From an uncultured Pirellulaceae bacterium (GTDB taxonomy: Bacteria > Planctomycetota > Planctomycetia > Pirellulales > Pirellulaceae): DNA of 64,000 nt. The notes under the pieces are model-generated. The model saw only the letters and a list, made by a program, of their open reading frames with translations, had not been told where the DNA came from and searched no databases. Shown here one piece after another: positions 45,680-54,602 of the stretch. The stretch lies in assembly GCA_964623055.1 (NCBI GenBank), contig CAZURK010000044.1, positions 2,152 through 66,151 of the forward strand, given 5' to 3'. The position numbers and the translations under genes are program-made. The first letter of the stretch is position 1. Every line of letters starts with the position of its first letter.

Positions 45680-47401
45680 CTATTCAAAGTCTCCCAGCGG
45701 CACGTCCATCCAGTCTTCCACTTCGACCGCGCGGGTGGTCCAGTCGCCAAGCACGTCCCAACGCGGGTAGTAATGCATCGCTTCCAAGCCGCGACCGCCG
45801 GTGACGGCCGTGTCGGGGTCGATCTTGCCGGTGGCCAGGCGAACGTCCCAGACGTATTGCCATTGGGCCCATCCGTAGGGCGGGCGGTAGGGCTCGTTCC
45901 AGGTGTGGATCGAGTGCCACGACTGCCGGTCCAGCCCCTTGCGCCGGTGCAGCGTGCCTTCCGCCGGCAGGCCCGGCGCGTCGGGGCGGGCCAGCCGCTT
46001 GCGGACGCGCTCGAGGTATTTGCCCTTCACTGACCCGTTCACTCCTTCCGCGAGGCTCTTGCCGCGCAGCGGCAAGGTCAGCTCCTCGTCGATGCACCGC
46101 CGGGCCGCGGCCAGGCGCACTTCGAGGTACTCGTGTGGCGAGTACTCCTTCGGACCGCGATACCATTGGCGCAGTGCCTCCAGACCACCGGACTTCAATT
46201 GGGCCAATACCTTCTCCGTGTCGGCCAGTTGCACCTTGGACCGGTTGATCTTCTTCCATGGGGCGTCGGTCCACTGTTGGGGCCAGGTGTCCGGCTGGTC
46301 GTAACGATAGATTTTGCCTTGCCAGGTGAAAATCTCCGAACCATCGGGTAGGTACTGGTAGGCCCAACCGCCGCCCAGCGGATAGTCGTCGGGATGCTCC
46401 TGCGCCTTGAGCCATCGGTAGCTCTCCTCGAGCAAAGTGCGATAGCGTTCGTTGCCAGTCATTCCGTAGAACCACGTGAGCATCGGGCCGATGAACCGGT
46501 TGAACGTCCTGGGACCGATCACTGCCCCCTCGAAACCGCGGGCGCTGGCCGGCGTGTTATCGGCCTTGTACTGCTGGCACCAGCCGCGGACGTCGCCCTT
46601 GCCGAGTTGGGTGTCGAATATCCACTGTCCGATCTTCGCCGTGCGTTTCAGGTATTTCTTGTCGCCGGTCACGTGATACATCATGATCGTCATTCGCATG
46701 GGGTCGGTCGTGGCATAGTCGTTGTACGACCCTCCGTCGGATTGGTAGTGACGGTGGCGCCGCAAAGCGCCGGCATTGTAGATGTCCCCGCACCAGCCGT
46801 ACTCAGGATCCTGGACATGCTCGGCGAACAGGTCGGCGCACCGCTTGGCGGCATCGAGATGCTTCTGCTCGCCAGTATGCCGATAGGCATACAGCAGGTA
46901 GGCAAAGGGGCGGAACTGGCAGCCGTCTTGAACTCGGGCCATGTTCCGATCTCCGCCTACACTCACACGGCCATTGCGGTCGACGGTGTGGGGCCCGCCG
47001 GCAAAGTGGCCATTGGGCTGTTGCACCACGAGCAGAGCATCGGCCGTCTTGAGAGCCTGCTTCAGGTACTTCTGGTCGCCAAGCATCTCGTAGGCGCGAA
47101 ACAACTGGGCCCCTGCGTCGCAGATCCCGCCGCGGCTCAAGTTGAACTGGGCCCGGTCGCCCTCGACCCGGACGTGGCCAAGCAGATCGGGGTAGACGCC
47201 GAAATCGCCGTACGTGGCGATGCGGGCATCGAGCCAGGCGCGGATGTCGGCCTCGCCCTGCTCGTAAAGTTGCATGTCGATTTTCGTGATAGCCGCGTCC
47301 AGTTCGGTTTGCGTGTCGGCCTGGGCTTGCGAGTCGGCAAGCACCAGCAATCCAAATACCGCTGCGGCCAGTGCGAGCGGGAGTAGGTAGCGTCTTCTCA
47401 C
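45680..47401 (-). CDS. Secreted alpha/alpha-toroid protein, possibly polysaccharide lyase PL10-like (paralog of 56173..58194)
   Basis: AAAGGAG lies 7 nt before the GTG at 47401. Signal peptide is RRRYLLPLALAAAVFGLLVLADSQAQA. WCQQYKADNTPASARGFEGAVIGPRTFNRFIGPMLTWF resembles the PL10 W-QQhD---P--AR-yE motif. The lyase assignment is tentative. Confidence 0.6.
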   Translation of the reverse strand: MRRRYLLPLALAAAVFGLLVLADSQAQADTQTELDAAITKIDMQLYEQGEADIRAWLDARIATYGDFGVYPDLLGHVRVEGDRAQFNLSRGGICDAGAQLFRAYEMLGDQKYLKQALKTADALLVVQQPNGHFAGGPHTVDRNGRVSVGGDRNMARVQDGCQFRPFAYLLYAYRHTGEQKHLDAAKRCADLFAEHVQDPEYGWCGDIYNAGALRRHRHYQSDGGSYNDYATTDPMRMTIMMYHVTGDKKYLKRTAKIGQWIFDTQLGKGDVRGWCQQYKADNTPASARGFEGAVIGPRTFNRFIGPMLTWFYGMTGNERYRTLLEESYRWLKAQEHPDDYPLGGGWAYQYLPDGSEIFTWQGKIYRYDQPDTWPQQWTDAPWKKINRSKVQLADTEKVLAQLKSGGLEALRQWYRGPKEYSPHEYLEVRLAAARRCIDEELTLPLRGKSLAEGVNGSVKGKYLERVRKRLARPDAPGLPAEGTLHRRKGLDRQSWHSIHTWNEPYRPPYGWAQWQYVWDVRLATGKIDPDTAVTGGRGLEAMHYYPRWDVLGDWTTRAVEVEDWMDVPLGDFE

Positions 47402-47555
47402 GGGTGACTCCTTTCGAGAAAGGGCGGGTGCTCCGAAATAGCCAACATTATGACGGCAAGAGACAGCGGCAGTTTGCTCATCATCGTTGATAAATAACCG
47501 GCCCACATAGTTTCACTTGCTTCACGATGATACGCTCCTTTCGCTGATGTTGGTT

Positions 47556-48677
47556 TCATCGTTCAAAGTCCTTGCAGGCCGCCATGCCAATCACTGTGTC
47601 GGCCGCCCCGTAGTAAAGTAGCCATCTCCCTTTGAAGAGGACTAGACCGTTGGCCACCGTGGTGTGGCCGGTCATTCCCCGCTTTTCCCAGTCATATTCC
47701 GGATAGAGAAACGGCTCCTTCTGCTCTTTCAACACGGTCTTCATGTCGTTGCGATCGATCAAGGATTGACGGAGCACCCAGGTGCCGAGCGAATGGTGCC
47801 CCCCTTGTGTCATCAGCAAGATGCCGTCGTCGCGCAGTAGTGCGATGGCGCCGGCCTCGCGTCCTCCCCCCGGCCAGACGGCTTTGCCGGTCGGCGTCCA
47901 GTCGATGAGGTTTTCGCTCCAAGCCAGAGCGCAGGGGTGCGTGTAGTACATCCAGTACTTGCCGTCGATCTTCGCGGCGATAAGCCGATCACCTTCCCGC
48001 CGGGAAACGACCACCCCGGTCCGCGATCCAGGCACTTTCTCCGGTGCAGCTTTACGGAAGGCCGGGCCGTGCTTGGTCCAGGAAACCAGGTCGCGGGACG
48101 TTGCCACGGACATGGTGTCTCGCTTGCCGTTCCAGGTCGTGTAGTTCATGTAATAGGTGCCGTCTTCGCCCTCGATGATATGCAGATCTTCGCAACCGCC
48201 TTCCCACTCGTACTTCTTCCACTGGTCGTTGGCCGGGTAGACGACCGGTTCTGGGTGGCGGGTGAAGTTGACACCGTCCTCGCTATAGGCTAGGCCGATG
48301 CGGCACGTGCGGCCCCAGCCTAAATCAGGGCTACGGTCGTCCGCCCGGTAGAGAATATAGACTTTGTCGTCTTTGACCACGGCTGCCGGATTGTAGGTAT
48401 TCCGTTCCTCCCAGCGAACTTCCTTGCCGCGAATAGGACATGTAAAGACGGAGTCGGGCGTTGGACGCAGGACCGGCTCGTTGCGTTTAATAAACGGCCC
48501 AATGTCCCAGTCGTTCCTTGCGGTTTGGCTCGACGCGGGCGAAGGGAAGAAAATGGGCGCGGCGACGGTCGATGCCGCAACGCCCATGTTGCGCAGGAAA
48601 TCCCGCCGCGTCGCTTGGTGATTACACATACGTTCTGTCAGTCTTTTCATCTTGTTCTTCCTCAGTTGTTTCCTCAC
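47556..48677 (-). CDS. TAT-exported GH130-like glycoside phosphorylase/hydrolase (5-bladed beta-propeller)
   Basis: The TAT signal is RRDFLRNMGVAASTVAA. NTYNPAAVVKDDKVYILYRADD, IGLAYSEDGVNFTRHPEPV and WEGGCEDLHII are GH130-like. The exact start is uncertain. Confidence 0.7.
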   Translation of the reverse strand: MRKQLRKNKMKRLTERMCNHQATRRDFLRNMGVAASTVAAPIFFPSPASSQTARNDWDIGPFIKRNEPVLRPTPDSVFTCPIRGKEVRWEERNTYNPAAVVKDDKVYILYRADDRSPDLGWGRTCRIGLAYSEDGVNFTRHPEPVVYPANDQWKKYEWEGGCEDLHIIEGEDGTYYMNYTTWNGKRDTMSVATSRDLVSWTKHGPAFRKAAPEKVPGSRTGVVVSRREGDRLIAAKIDGKYWMYYTHPCALAWSENLIDWTPTGKAVWPGGGREAGAIALLRDDGILLMTQGGHHSLGTWVLRQSLIDRNDMKTVLKEQKEPFLYPEYDWEKRGMTGHTTVANGLVLFKGRWLLYYGAADTVIGMAACKDFER

Positions 48678-48681
48678 ACGA

Positions 48682-50154
48682 CTAAGGCAGCATTCTGCGA
48701 AGTGTCATGCCGCTGTCGTTGGATCGGTAGAGGCCATCCGTCCCCAGGATCCACCAGTTGTTGCCCGTTGCCGATGCTGTCTGGTCGCCGGCGACGATGG
48801 CTATCAGGCCTTTGGGAATATCGCCTTTGCACGTCGTCCACGACCATACGTCACCGCCCAGATCGCAGCGGGACAGGCGGCCCGGCGCTTTGGGGTCCAG
48901 GGCCTGGACAAACTTGCGAGTGCATAGCTGGGAACCGGCAATGCTGCCACCCAAGGCGGTAAAAGGCCGGAGCGATTCCAGCGGAAGCGACGTAGCGAAC
49001 AAGCAGCTCTCCGCCCCTTGCGACAAGGAGTGGAGCAGGCCGTGCGTTGTGCCGGAGATCCACACGTGAGGATTGCAGCGGAGCGAGTGCGCGCCCAGAT
49101 AGCCCAGATCGGTCCGCGAGGAAATCGCGCGGAAGGTCTTGCCGTTGTCGTGAGATATGTGGACGATCGACGATTGCTCCGTCGTGGGAAAGGCCGGCCT
49201 GCCGCGTCCCAAGAGCGACATGAAACGGTCCGGACAGGTTACCGCTTGAATGACCGTCTGACCGAATTGGTTGCGAAAGTAGGGATTTACGTGCAGGGCC
49301 GTAAAACGTTGTCCTTCCGCAGCAACGCGCTCCCACGTGTCCCCGCCATCGCCCGTGCGATGCAGTCCGAGCGTCTCACAGCCGACCAGCAGTGTGTTCG
49401 GCTCCATCGGCAGATAGGCCACCACTTCACCGCAGAGCGCCGACGGGCCAACGGCGTCGAAATCGCACACAAGGGACAACTTCCGCCAACTTCTGCCCGC
49501 GTCACTCGTCTTGTACAGTCCCCCTTCGAACTTGCCGTGGGCGTTGGTCTTGCCCGCCGCGCGTACCATGACATCGGGATTGGCCGGATGGATGGCGACG
49601 CTGCGGACGGCATTGGCGGCTCCTTGCAGCTTTCCATTGGCAGCGTTCCAGGTCTTGCCGCCGTTTTCCGAACGCAACAGGCCACGGTCCGTTGTGCGTA
49701 CCACGACGACCTGCGGGTCCGATGGTGCCACGACCACACCCGTTAGACGAGCCGACTGCGTCCCGGTCGCCGCGATGACCGGTGTGTGGAGATCCTCGGC
49801 CGCGCCGGGTTGTAACGAAACGTGCGAGACAGATGCCCGAAAGTACATTTGGGCGTCTTGCGGCAAAGCCCGGAAGACGACTCCGGCACCGACTTTCGGC
49901 GCGACCTGCTTGAAGTGGCACGTGCCGAACTGCCAGGTGCGCCCGTCGGCCGAGGTCCACGCGCTGAAAAGACTGCCCCGGCGGACGATCCGCAACCAGC
50001 GGTGACCGTCGGGAAACCGTTGAAAACTCTGACGCGTTCCTGCGCCGTCTCCCTGGTCGGGTGTTGTGCGGAGTCCGTTGGCGGCCACCTGCATCAGTCC
50101 AAATTCCTTCCCCCAGCCATAATTGTTCCTCTCGGGACGTTCACGAACCGTCAA
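48682..50154 (-). CDS. BNR/Asp-box beta-propeller protein; appears to be the C-terminal part of a gene split by an in-frame stop (see 50203..52428)
   Basis: Five Asp-box-like repeats are present: [40 protein letters not shown]. The N-terminal ~110 aa, [24 protein letters not shown], is the distal half of a LamG/concanavalin-like domain. The only start at the ORF head is a TTG. Confidence 0.65.
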   Translation of the reverse strand: MTVRERPERNNYGWGKEFGLMQVAANGLRTTPDQGDGAGTRQSFQRFPDGHRWLRIVRRGSLFSAWTSADGRTWQFGTCHFKQVAPKVGAGVVFRALPQDAQMYFRASVSHVSLQPGAAEDLHTPVIAATGTQSARLTGVVVAPSDPQVVVVRTTDRGLLRSENGGKTWNAANGKLQGAANAVRSVAIHPANPDVMVRAAGKTNAHGKFEGGLYKTSDAGRSWRKLSLVCDFDAVGPSALCGEVVAYLPMEPNTLLVGCETLGLHRTGDGGDTWERVAAEGQRFTALHVNPYFRNQFGQTVIQAVTCPDRFMSLLGRGRPAFPTTEQSSIVHISHDNGKTFRAISSRTDLGYLGAHSLRCNPHVWISGTTHGLLHSLSQGAESCLFATSLPLESLRPFTALGGSIAGSQLCTRKFVQALDPKAPGRLSRCDLGGDVWSWTTCKGDIPKGLIAIVAGDQTASATGNNWWILGTDGLYRSNDSGMTLRRMLP

Positions 50155-50202
50155 GCCGACCCAGGAACTTCCGTTGACCGGTTCACCACGAAGGCCCAGG
50201 CA

Positions 50203-52428
50203 TTAGTCGATCTTGCAGGTTAAGGTGAAATCACCTTCGATTGGGCGGCTGATCACGTACTCCCCCTCGCCAACGAACGAGAAGGCGTCGGGGGCCGTTT
50301 GGAGAATGTTGAACGTCGCCTTCGATTCGCCGGCGATTCCCAAGTCCCAGTTGTCGAGCCGCTTCATTGCCACGGTGACAGGCACCGCTTGCGTGTCGAG
50401 TGTGTGGGGCGGCTGGGCCGCCAACCGAATGCGAGCTTCCGCTCGGTTGCCTTTGTCCGCTCCCGTTGGTCGCTCGGATTTGTCGAGAATTTCAGAATCA
50501 TGACGGTTAGTAGTATAGTAGACCCGAGCCCACACTTTGTGTTTGCCGGCCGGAAGGACCCCGGCATACTTAAGCGAGTCGCCTTCGGCGGAACTGATCT
50601 GCATCTTGTCAAAGAAGAAATGGATCTTCTCGATCTTGTGGCCGCGGGGGGATGTCTTCACTTCCGCCGTGATGCCGCCACGATCGTCTGCCTGGCCCGC
50701 GAGAGTGGCCTCCGGCATCGTGTCGCCCGCCTCGTGCAACAGCAACGGCGGTGGAATCTCCTGACGCTCGATGCCCGGACCTTCCCATTCCAACTGGAAG
50801 AACGGCTTATGGCGGTCGACGAAGTAGTCGACCGCCAGAGGATGATCTCCTCGGGCAAGATGGAGACCGGCAACTTTGTCCTCAGGCCCGTGCAAGCCGT
50901 CCCAGACGATCGCGTCCTGACCGTCCAGTTGGATTCGATAACCGTCGGTCCCTTTCATCCGGAGCAGGTAGAATCCCGTCTCGGGAACTCGCAACAGTCC
51001 CCGAAAACGGAAAGCATAGCCGGTACGTCGCTGGCCCCGCAGTTCGATATCGAAGCCGCGGCAGGTGCCCCGCTGGACGAGTCGGCCGTCCTCCAATTCA
51101 TCGAGCGACACCCAAATATGGCGTTCGCGGCGACTCTGCTCGGCCTTTTCGCAGGGAGGATAGACGACGTTGACGTGTCGATCGGTGTCCTTGACCCAAA
51201 GTTCATACTCTAGCCCGGGAGCCGTTTTCACGGCAACCGGTTCTGTGGGCGGTGTTGTCGTGCTCGCCTGCACGACAATCGGCTCGATCGGCTGGTCGAA
51301 GATGTCGGTCATTGAAAATCGGATCGTGGGATTTTCAACCGCTGCGGCCAAAACGACGTTGCGCGTGACGGGCATGCGCTCCTCGCGTACCGCAACGGGT
51401 TGCCCCGAGCACCGAGGATTATCGAACACCTCGATCTTAAACTGGTATTGAGGCGACGCGGAATCGGGCACTTCCCACGAGACCATCACCTGCTTCCCGT
51501 TGGATCGCGCCTGCACGCGTTCGACGCGGGGCTGATCGAGCGTGGGCCGGTCGGGTTGCTTGACCGTGAATGAATACTTTTTCCCTTCGGCCAGCGGCTC
51601 GCCTTCTAGCAATTGCGGCACCATAGCCCGGTTGCTGCTCAGTTCCATCGCCACGGTGCGACCATCGTCTATTTTGTTGACGGCCCAATAGTTCTTGAGC
51701 GTCAGCCCCTTTTGAACGTCGATGGTGACGGTGTCGGATTTGCGCCAACGGCCGTCCTTTCGATAGTAGCCAAGCCTGCGATGAATCGCTCGCGCCGACC
51801 GGCATTCGTTGCCAAAGTCTTCCAGAAACCCGGCGTTGCCATTGAAGGCCTGGGCGGCGATCGGCAGGCGCATGATGCCGTAAAGATACCAGCGACCGTC
51901 TTCGACGTCTTTCACCCAGCGACCGATGTATGAGACGTTCGGTTCATCATCGCCGAGCGGCGTCCAGATGCGCATCATCATCGTATACCAGCGATTCTGC
52001 TGGATGACCGGCCACGTGCCGAACAGGGCGCCGCTCGCGCCTTCGCCGATGTACTGATAGGCGAATGTATGCTGCGAAGCGGCCACCACGCGGACCGGCT
52101 CCCGTTGGGCGTTGCTCCCCCAGAACGACCAGATCGAACCGGGCCGAAACGCCGCCTGGACCTCAGGATCGAGGTTCGGGCGATGGTCGGGCCCGACCGT
52201 CGCCACCGATCCGGCGAAACCGCCGTACGCACTCACCCCAGGCGGCGTCGTTCCGAAATTCCAGTTGGCCGAGTAGGTCGATTCGGCCCACCACGGCCAG
52301 CGAAGGTCCATCATCATAATGTCCGCGCCGTTTTCGACGTTCTCGCCGTACCAAGTGGCGTGCGCGGCCGGCGGGAACATGGCAAATGAGAATATGGCGA
52401 GCACCAACACGCATGAGAACTTTGTCAC
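50203..52428 (-). CDS. Secreted multidomain protein (N-terminal beta-sandwich of unknown function, PA14 domain, start of a LamG-like domain); terminated by TAA inside a domain
   Basis: Signal peptide MTKFSCVLVLAIFSFAMFPPAAHA. The PA14-like segment is GYAFRFRGLLRVPETGFYLLRMKGTDGYRIQLDGQDAIVWDG...GDHPLAVDYFV. The ORF ends ...RPIEGDFTLTCKID followed by TAA, in the same frame as the next ORF. Confidence 0.7.
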   Translation of the reverse strand: MTKFSCVLVLAIFSFAMFPPAAHATWYGENVENGADIMMMDLRWPWWAESTYSANWNFGTTPPGVSAYGGFAGSVATVGPDHRPNLDPEVQAAFRPGSIWSFWGSNAQREPVRVVAASQHTFAYQYIGEGASGALFGTWPVIQQNRWYTMMMRIWTPLGDDEPNVSYIGRWVKDVEDGRWYLYGIMRLPIAAQAFNGNAGFLEDFGNECRSARAIHRRLGYYRKDGRWRKSDTVTIDVQKGLTLKNYWAVNKIDDGRTVAMELSSNRAMVPQLLEGEPLAEGKKYSFTVKQPDRPTLDQPRVERVQARSNGKQVMVSWEVPDSASPQYQFKIEVFDNPRCSGQPVAVREERMPVTRNVVLAAAVENPTIRFSMTDIFDQPIEPIVVQASTTTPPTEPVAVKTAPGLEYELWVKDTDRHVNVVYPPCEKAEQSRRERHIWVSLDELEDGRLVQRGTCRGFDIELRGQRRTGYAFRFRGLLRVPETGFYLLRMKGTDGYRIQLDGQDAIVWDGLHGPEDKVAGLHLARGDHPLAVDYFVDRHKPFFQLEWEGPGIERQEIPPPLLLHEAGDTMPEATLAGQADDRGGITAEVKTSPRGHKIEKIHFFFDKMQISSAEGDSLKYAGVLPAGKHKVWARVYYTTNRHDSEILDKSERPTGADKGNRAEARIRLAAQPPHTLDTQAVPVTVAMKRLDNWDLGIAGESKATFNILQTAPDAFSFVGEGEYVISRPIEGDFTLTCKID

Positions 52429-52466
52429 TTCAATCTCCTATACAAAGAGCACTCACGACGTTCGAC

Positions 52467-54566
52467 CTAATCGAGCGACACGCCCATCTCCTCGAATTGG
52501 GCGGCCGCGTTGAGGAAGTGGGCTGTCTGCCAATAGACGGTCCAGTCTTCCCGGTAGGTGCCGCGCATCTTGTGTACGTCCTGAATGTGGTTCATGCCTT
52601 GCACGAAGTTCGTGTGGTTGAGTTGTTCGCCCTGGCTGCCGTCCGAATCGAGCATTTGTCCACACGTGCGATACATGACGATCGCCAGTTTCTTCAGGTC
52701 GTCGCGCTGAAGGTATTCGCCCATGCGATAGACCTCGGGCGTGTAGAGCACGCCGTAGACGTCGAGGTGTTGATTCTGGGCCGAGACGGTGGTCCAGCCG
52801 CGCGTCTTCAAACCGTGGTCGTGCAACCGGCCCGCCGGCATGTCGATGTCCCAAACGACGGTGTAGGTAAGCGTCACGTCCATCGCGTGCTCGGCCCACT
52901 CGAGGTACTTGGGGTCGTCGGTCATCTCGTAGACGGCCAGGAACGCTTGGAAGCAGCCCCAGGCACCTTCATTGTCCTCGCAGCTTGCATCCAGCGTACC
53001 GCCCCAATACGGTTCGGTCATGTCGAGGTGGCGGTCCGCGTAGTGCTCGGCCGCCTTGATCGCGGCACGGCGATACGACGGCGTACCGAACAACCCGAAC
53101 GCCTTGCACAGGGGCGAGATGAGAAACCCTTCGTTCGTCGATTTCGGCCGCCAGCCGTCGTCGAGGATGCGTGCCGCATGAACGTCGCACGCCTTGCGCA
53201 GGAAGGCCTCCCACTTCGTTGTGTCGACCGCATCCATCTTCCGGCCGGCGAGAATGGCCCGGGCAAATGTCTCCATCGCCTGGCCCTGCGATACGGGATC
53301 CGGTGCGTACCACTTGTTCTGGTCGGGGTTGTAGCGGACGGGGAAACCGTGCGGGCCGACCGGCGAGGTCGAGAGATGGTCCAAAATCCGTTGGGCCATG
53401 GCGACGGCGTCCGGAGCGCTGAGCCTATCGGCAAGCACCAAAAGGGCATAGCCGGGCGCGCCCGACTGGCCGGCCCAACCCATCACGTACTCGTTCCGGT
53501 CGGGATACATTTGGATACCGGCAGAGTGCGGGCCCTCGTGCCAGCGCGACAGGGTGAAACGATATTTTGCGCGAAGAATGTCTGCATACGTCGGCAGGCC
53601 GTCCGTACTGAGCGGGTGGTGGATGTCGAGCGTCTCTCGCAGGGGGACACCGAATCCCGAGCCTTTCTTCTCGACCGGATACGTCTGAAGATAGAACGTC
53701 TTTTCGATCACCGCCCCGGGCGGCACTGTCAGATGCGTGTCGGTATAGGGGAACAGCTTCCTCTGGTTGGCTTTGACGTACCCGCGCTGCCCGTTCATCG
53801 AACAGGGGCCGGAAAGCAGCGACAACTCGGTCGCCCGATCGACTGCCACCAACCCCAATGACCACCATTGGTCGGTCTTGTTCGCATGCGAGGCCATCGA
53901 CGGAAGCGTGTGCAATGCCGCGCCACAGAACCGTTTTCCGTCCGGCCACTCGACCGAAACAAAGGGCATCGGCAACCGGTGTTCTTCGCAGAACAACTCG
54001 TCGCCCGGCCGACCCGCGTAGGCGGCGACGCTTCCGGGCCGAGTGGCATTGCCCGACGGGTTGCCGTGGTAGCAAACCCCGGGCAACACGACCGCAGCAC
54101 CGGACGGCGGCACCTGCCAGCGGACCGAAAGCGTCACATGCCGGGCCGGCTCGCCGCCTTTCCACTGCCAGCGGCGAACGCAGCGAATGCGTTTGCCTTC
54201 GGCGACGTACGAATCCTGCACCAGCCAATCGCCCTGGTCGGTTGCCACGACACCCGAGACCACCAGCCACGCGCCCTTGCGTTCGCACGTCTGCACTTGC
54301 CCGTGTTTCCAGCCGGTGGGCCAATTGTTCTCCCACCCCGTCGCCACCGACCAAAGCCCCTCGGCCGGTTGTCTCAGTCGGCCGCCGTCTTTGTTGTGCA
54401 GCAGTACCCCATAACCCTGGCTCGTTGGCGCGACCACAAGACGGCCGGTGCCGGAATCGAGCGTCTGCAGGCGCGGAGTACCATCGGCCCATGCGTTCCC
54501 CGACGCCAGGGTTCCCATAAACAGGATTGCGGTAATCGTGTGCGACATGCAGGTGCTGTTTCTCAT
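52467..54566 (-). CDS. Hypothetical secreted protein, probably a beta-sandwich plus (alpha/alpha)6-barrel glycan-active enzyme
   Basis: It has a signal peptide. The helical C-terminal half has regularly spaced aromatic/Gly motifs: GWAGQSGAPGYALLVLADRL, EGAWGCFQAFLAVYEMTDDPKYLEWAEHA. The gene sits within a CAZyme operon. The family is not identified. Confidence 0.55.
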   Translation of the reverse strand: MRNSTCMSHTITAILFMGTLASGNAWADGTPRLQTLDSGTGRLVVAPTSQGYGVLLHNKDGGRLRQPAEGLWSVATGWENNWPTGWKHGQVQTCERKGAWLVVSGVVATDQGDWLVQDSYVAEGKRIRCVRRWQWKGGEPARHVTLSVRWQVPPSGAAVVLPGVCYHGNPSGNATRPGSVAAYAGRPGDELFCEEHRLPMPFVSVEWPDGKRFCGAALHTLPSMASHANKTDQWWSLGLVAVDRATELSLLSGPCSMNGQRGYVKANQRKLFPYTDTHLTVPPGAVIEKTFYLQTYPVEKKGSGFGVPLRETLDIHHPLSTDGLPTYADILRAKYRFTLSRWHEGPHSAGIQMYPDRNEYVMGWAGQSGAPGYALLVLADRLSAPDAVAMAQRILDHLSTSPVGPHGFPVRYNPDQNKWYAPDPVSQGQAMETFARAILAGRKMDAVDTTKWEAFLRKACDVHAARILDDGWRPKSTNEGFLISPLCKAFGLFGTPSYRRAAIKAAEHYADRHLDMTEPYWGGTLDASCEDNEGAWGCFQAFLAVYEMTDDPKYLEWAEHAMDVTLTYTVVWDIDMPAGRLHDHGLKTRGWTTVSAQNQHLDVYGVLYTPEVYRMGEYLQRDDLKKLAIVMYRTCGQMLDSDGSQGEQLNHTNFVQGMNHIQDVHKMRGTYREDWTVYWQTAHFLNAAAQFEEMGVSLD

Positions 54567-54602
54567 AGCGTCCCTTCCTACCTCTTCCAGATGGACTTCA
54601 AT

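Noticed and set aside
50155-50205. The TAA at 50205-50203 as a recoded (Sec/Pyl) codon.
   Set aside because: Sec uses UGA and Pyl uses UAG. TAA has no known recoding in bacteria with the standard code. Other genes in the window terminate normally with TAA, for example at 17874-17876, so an alternative genetic code is not supported.
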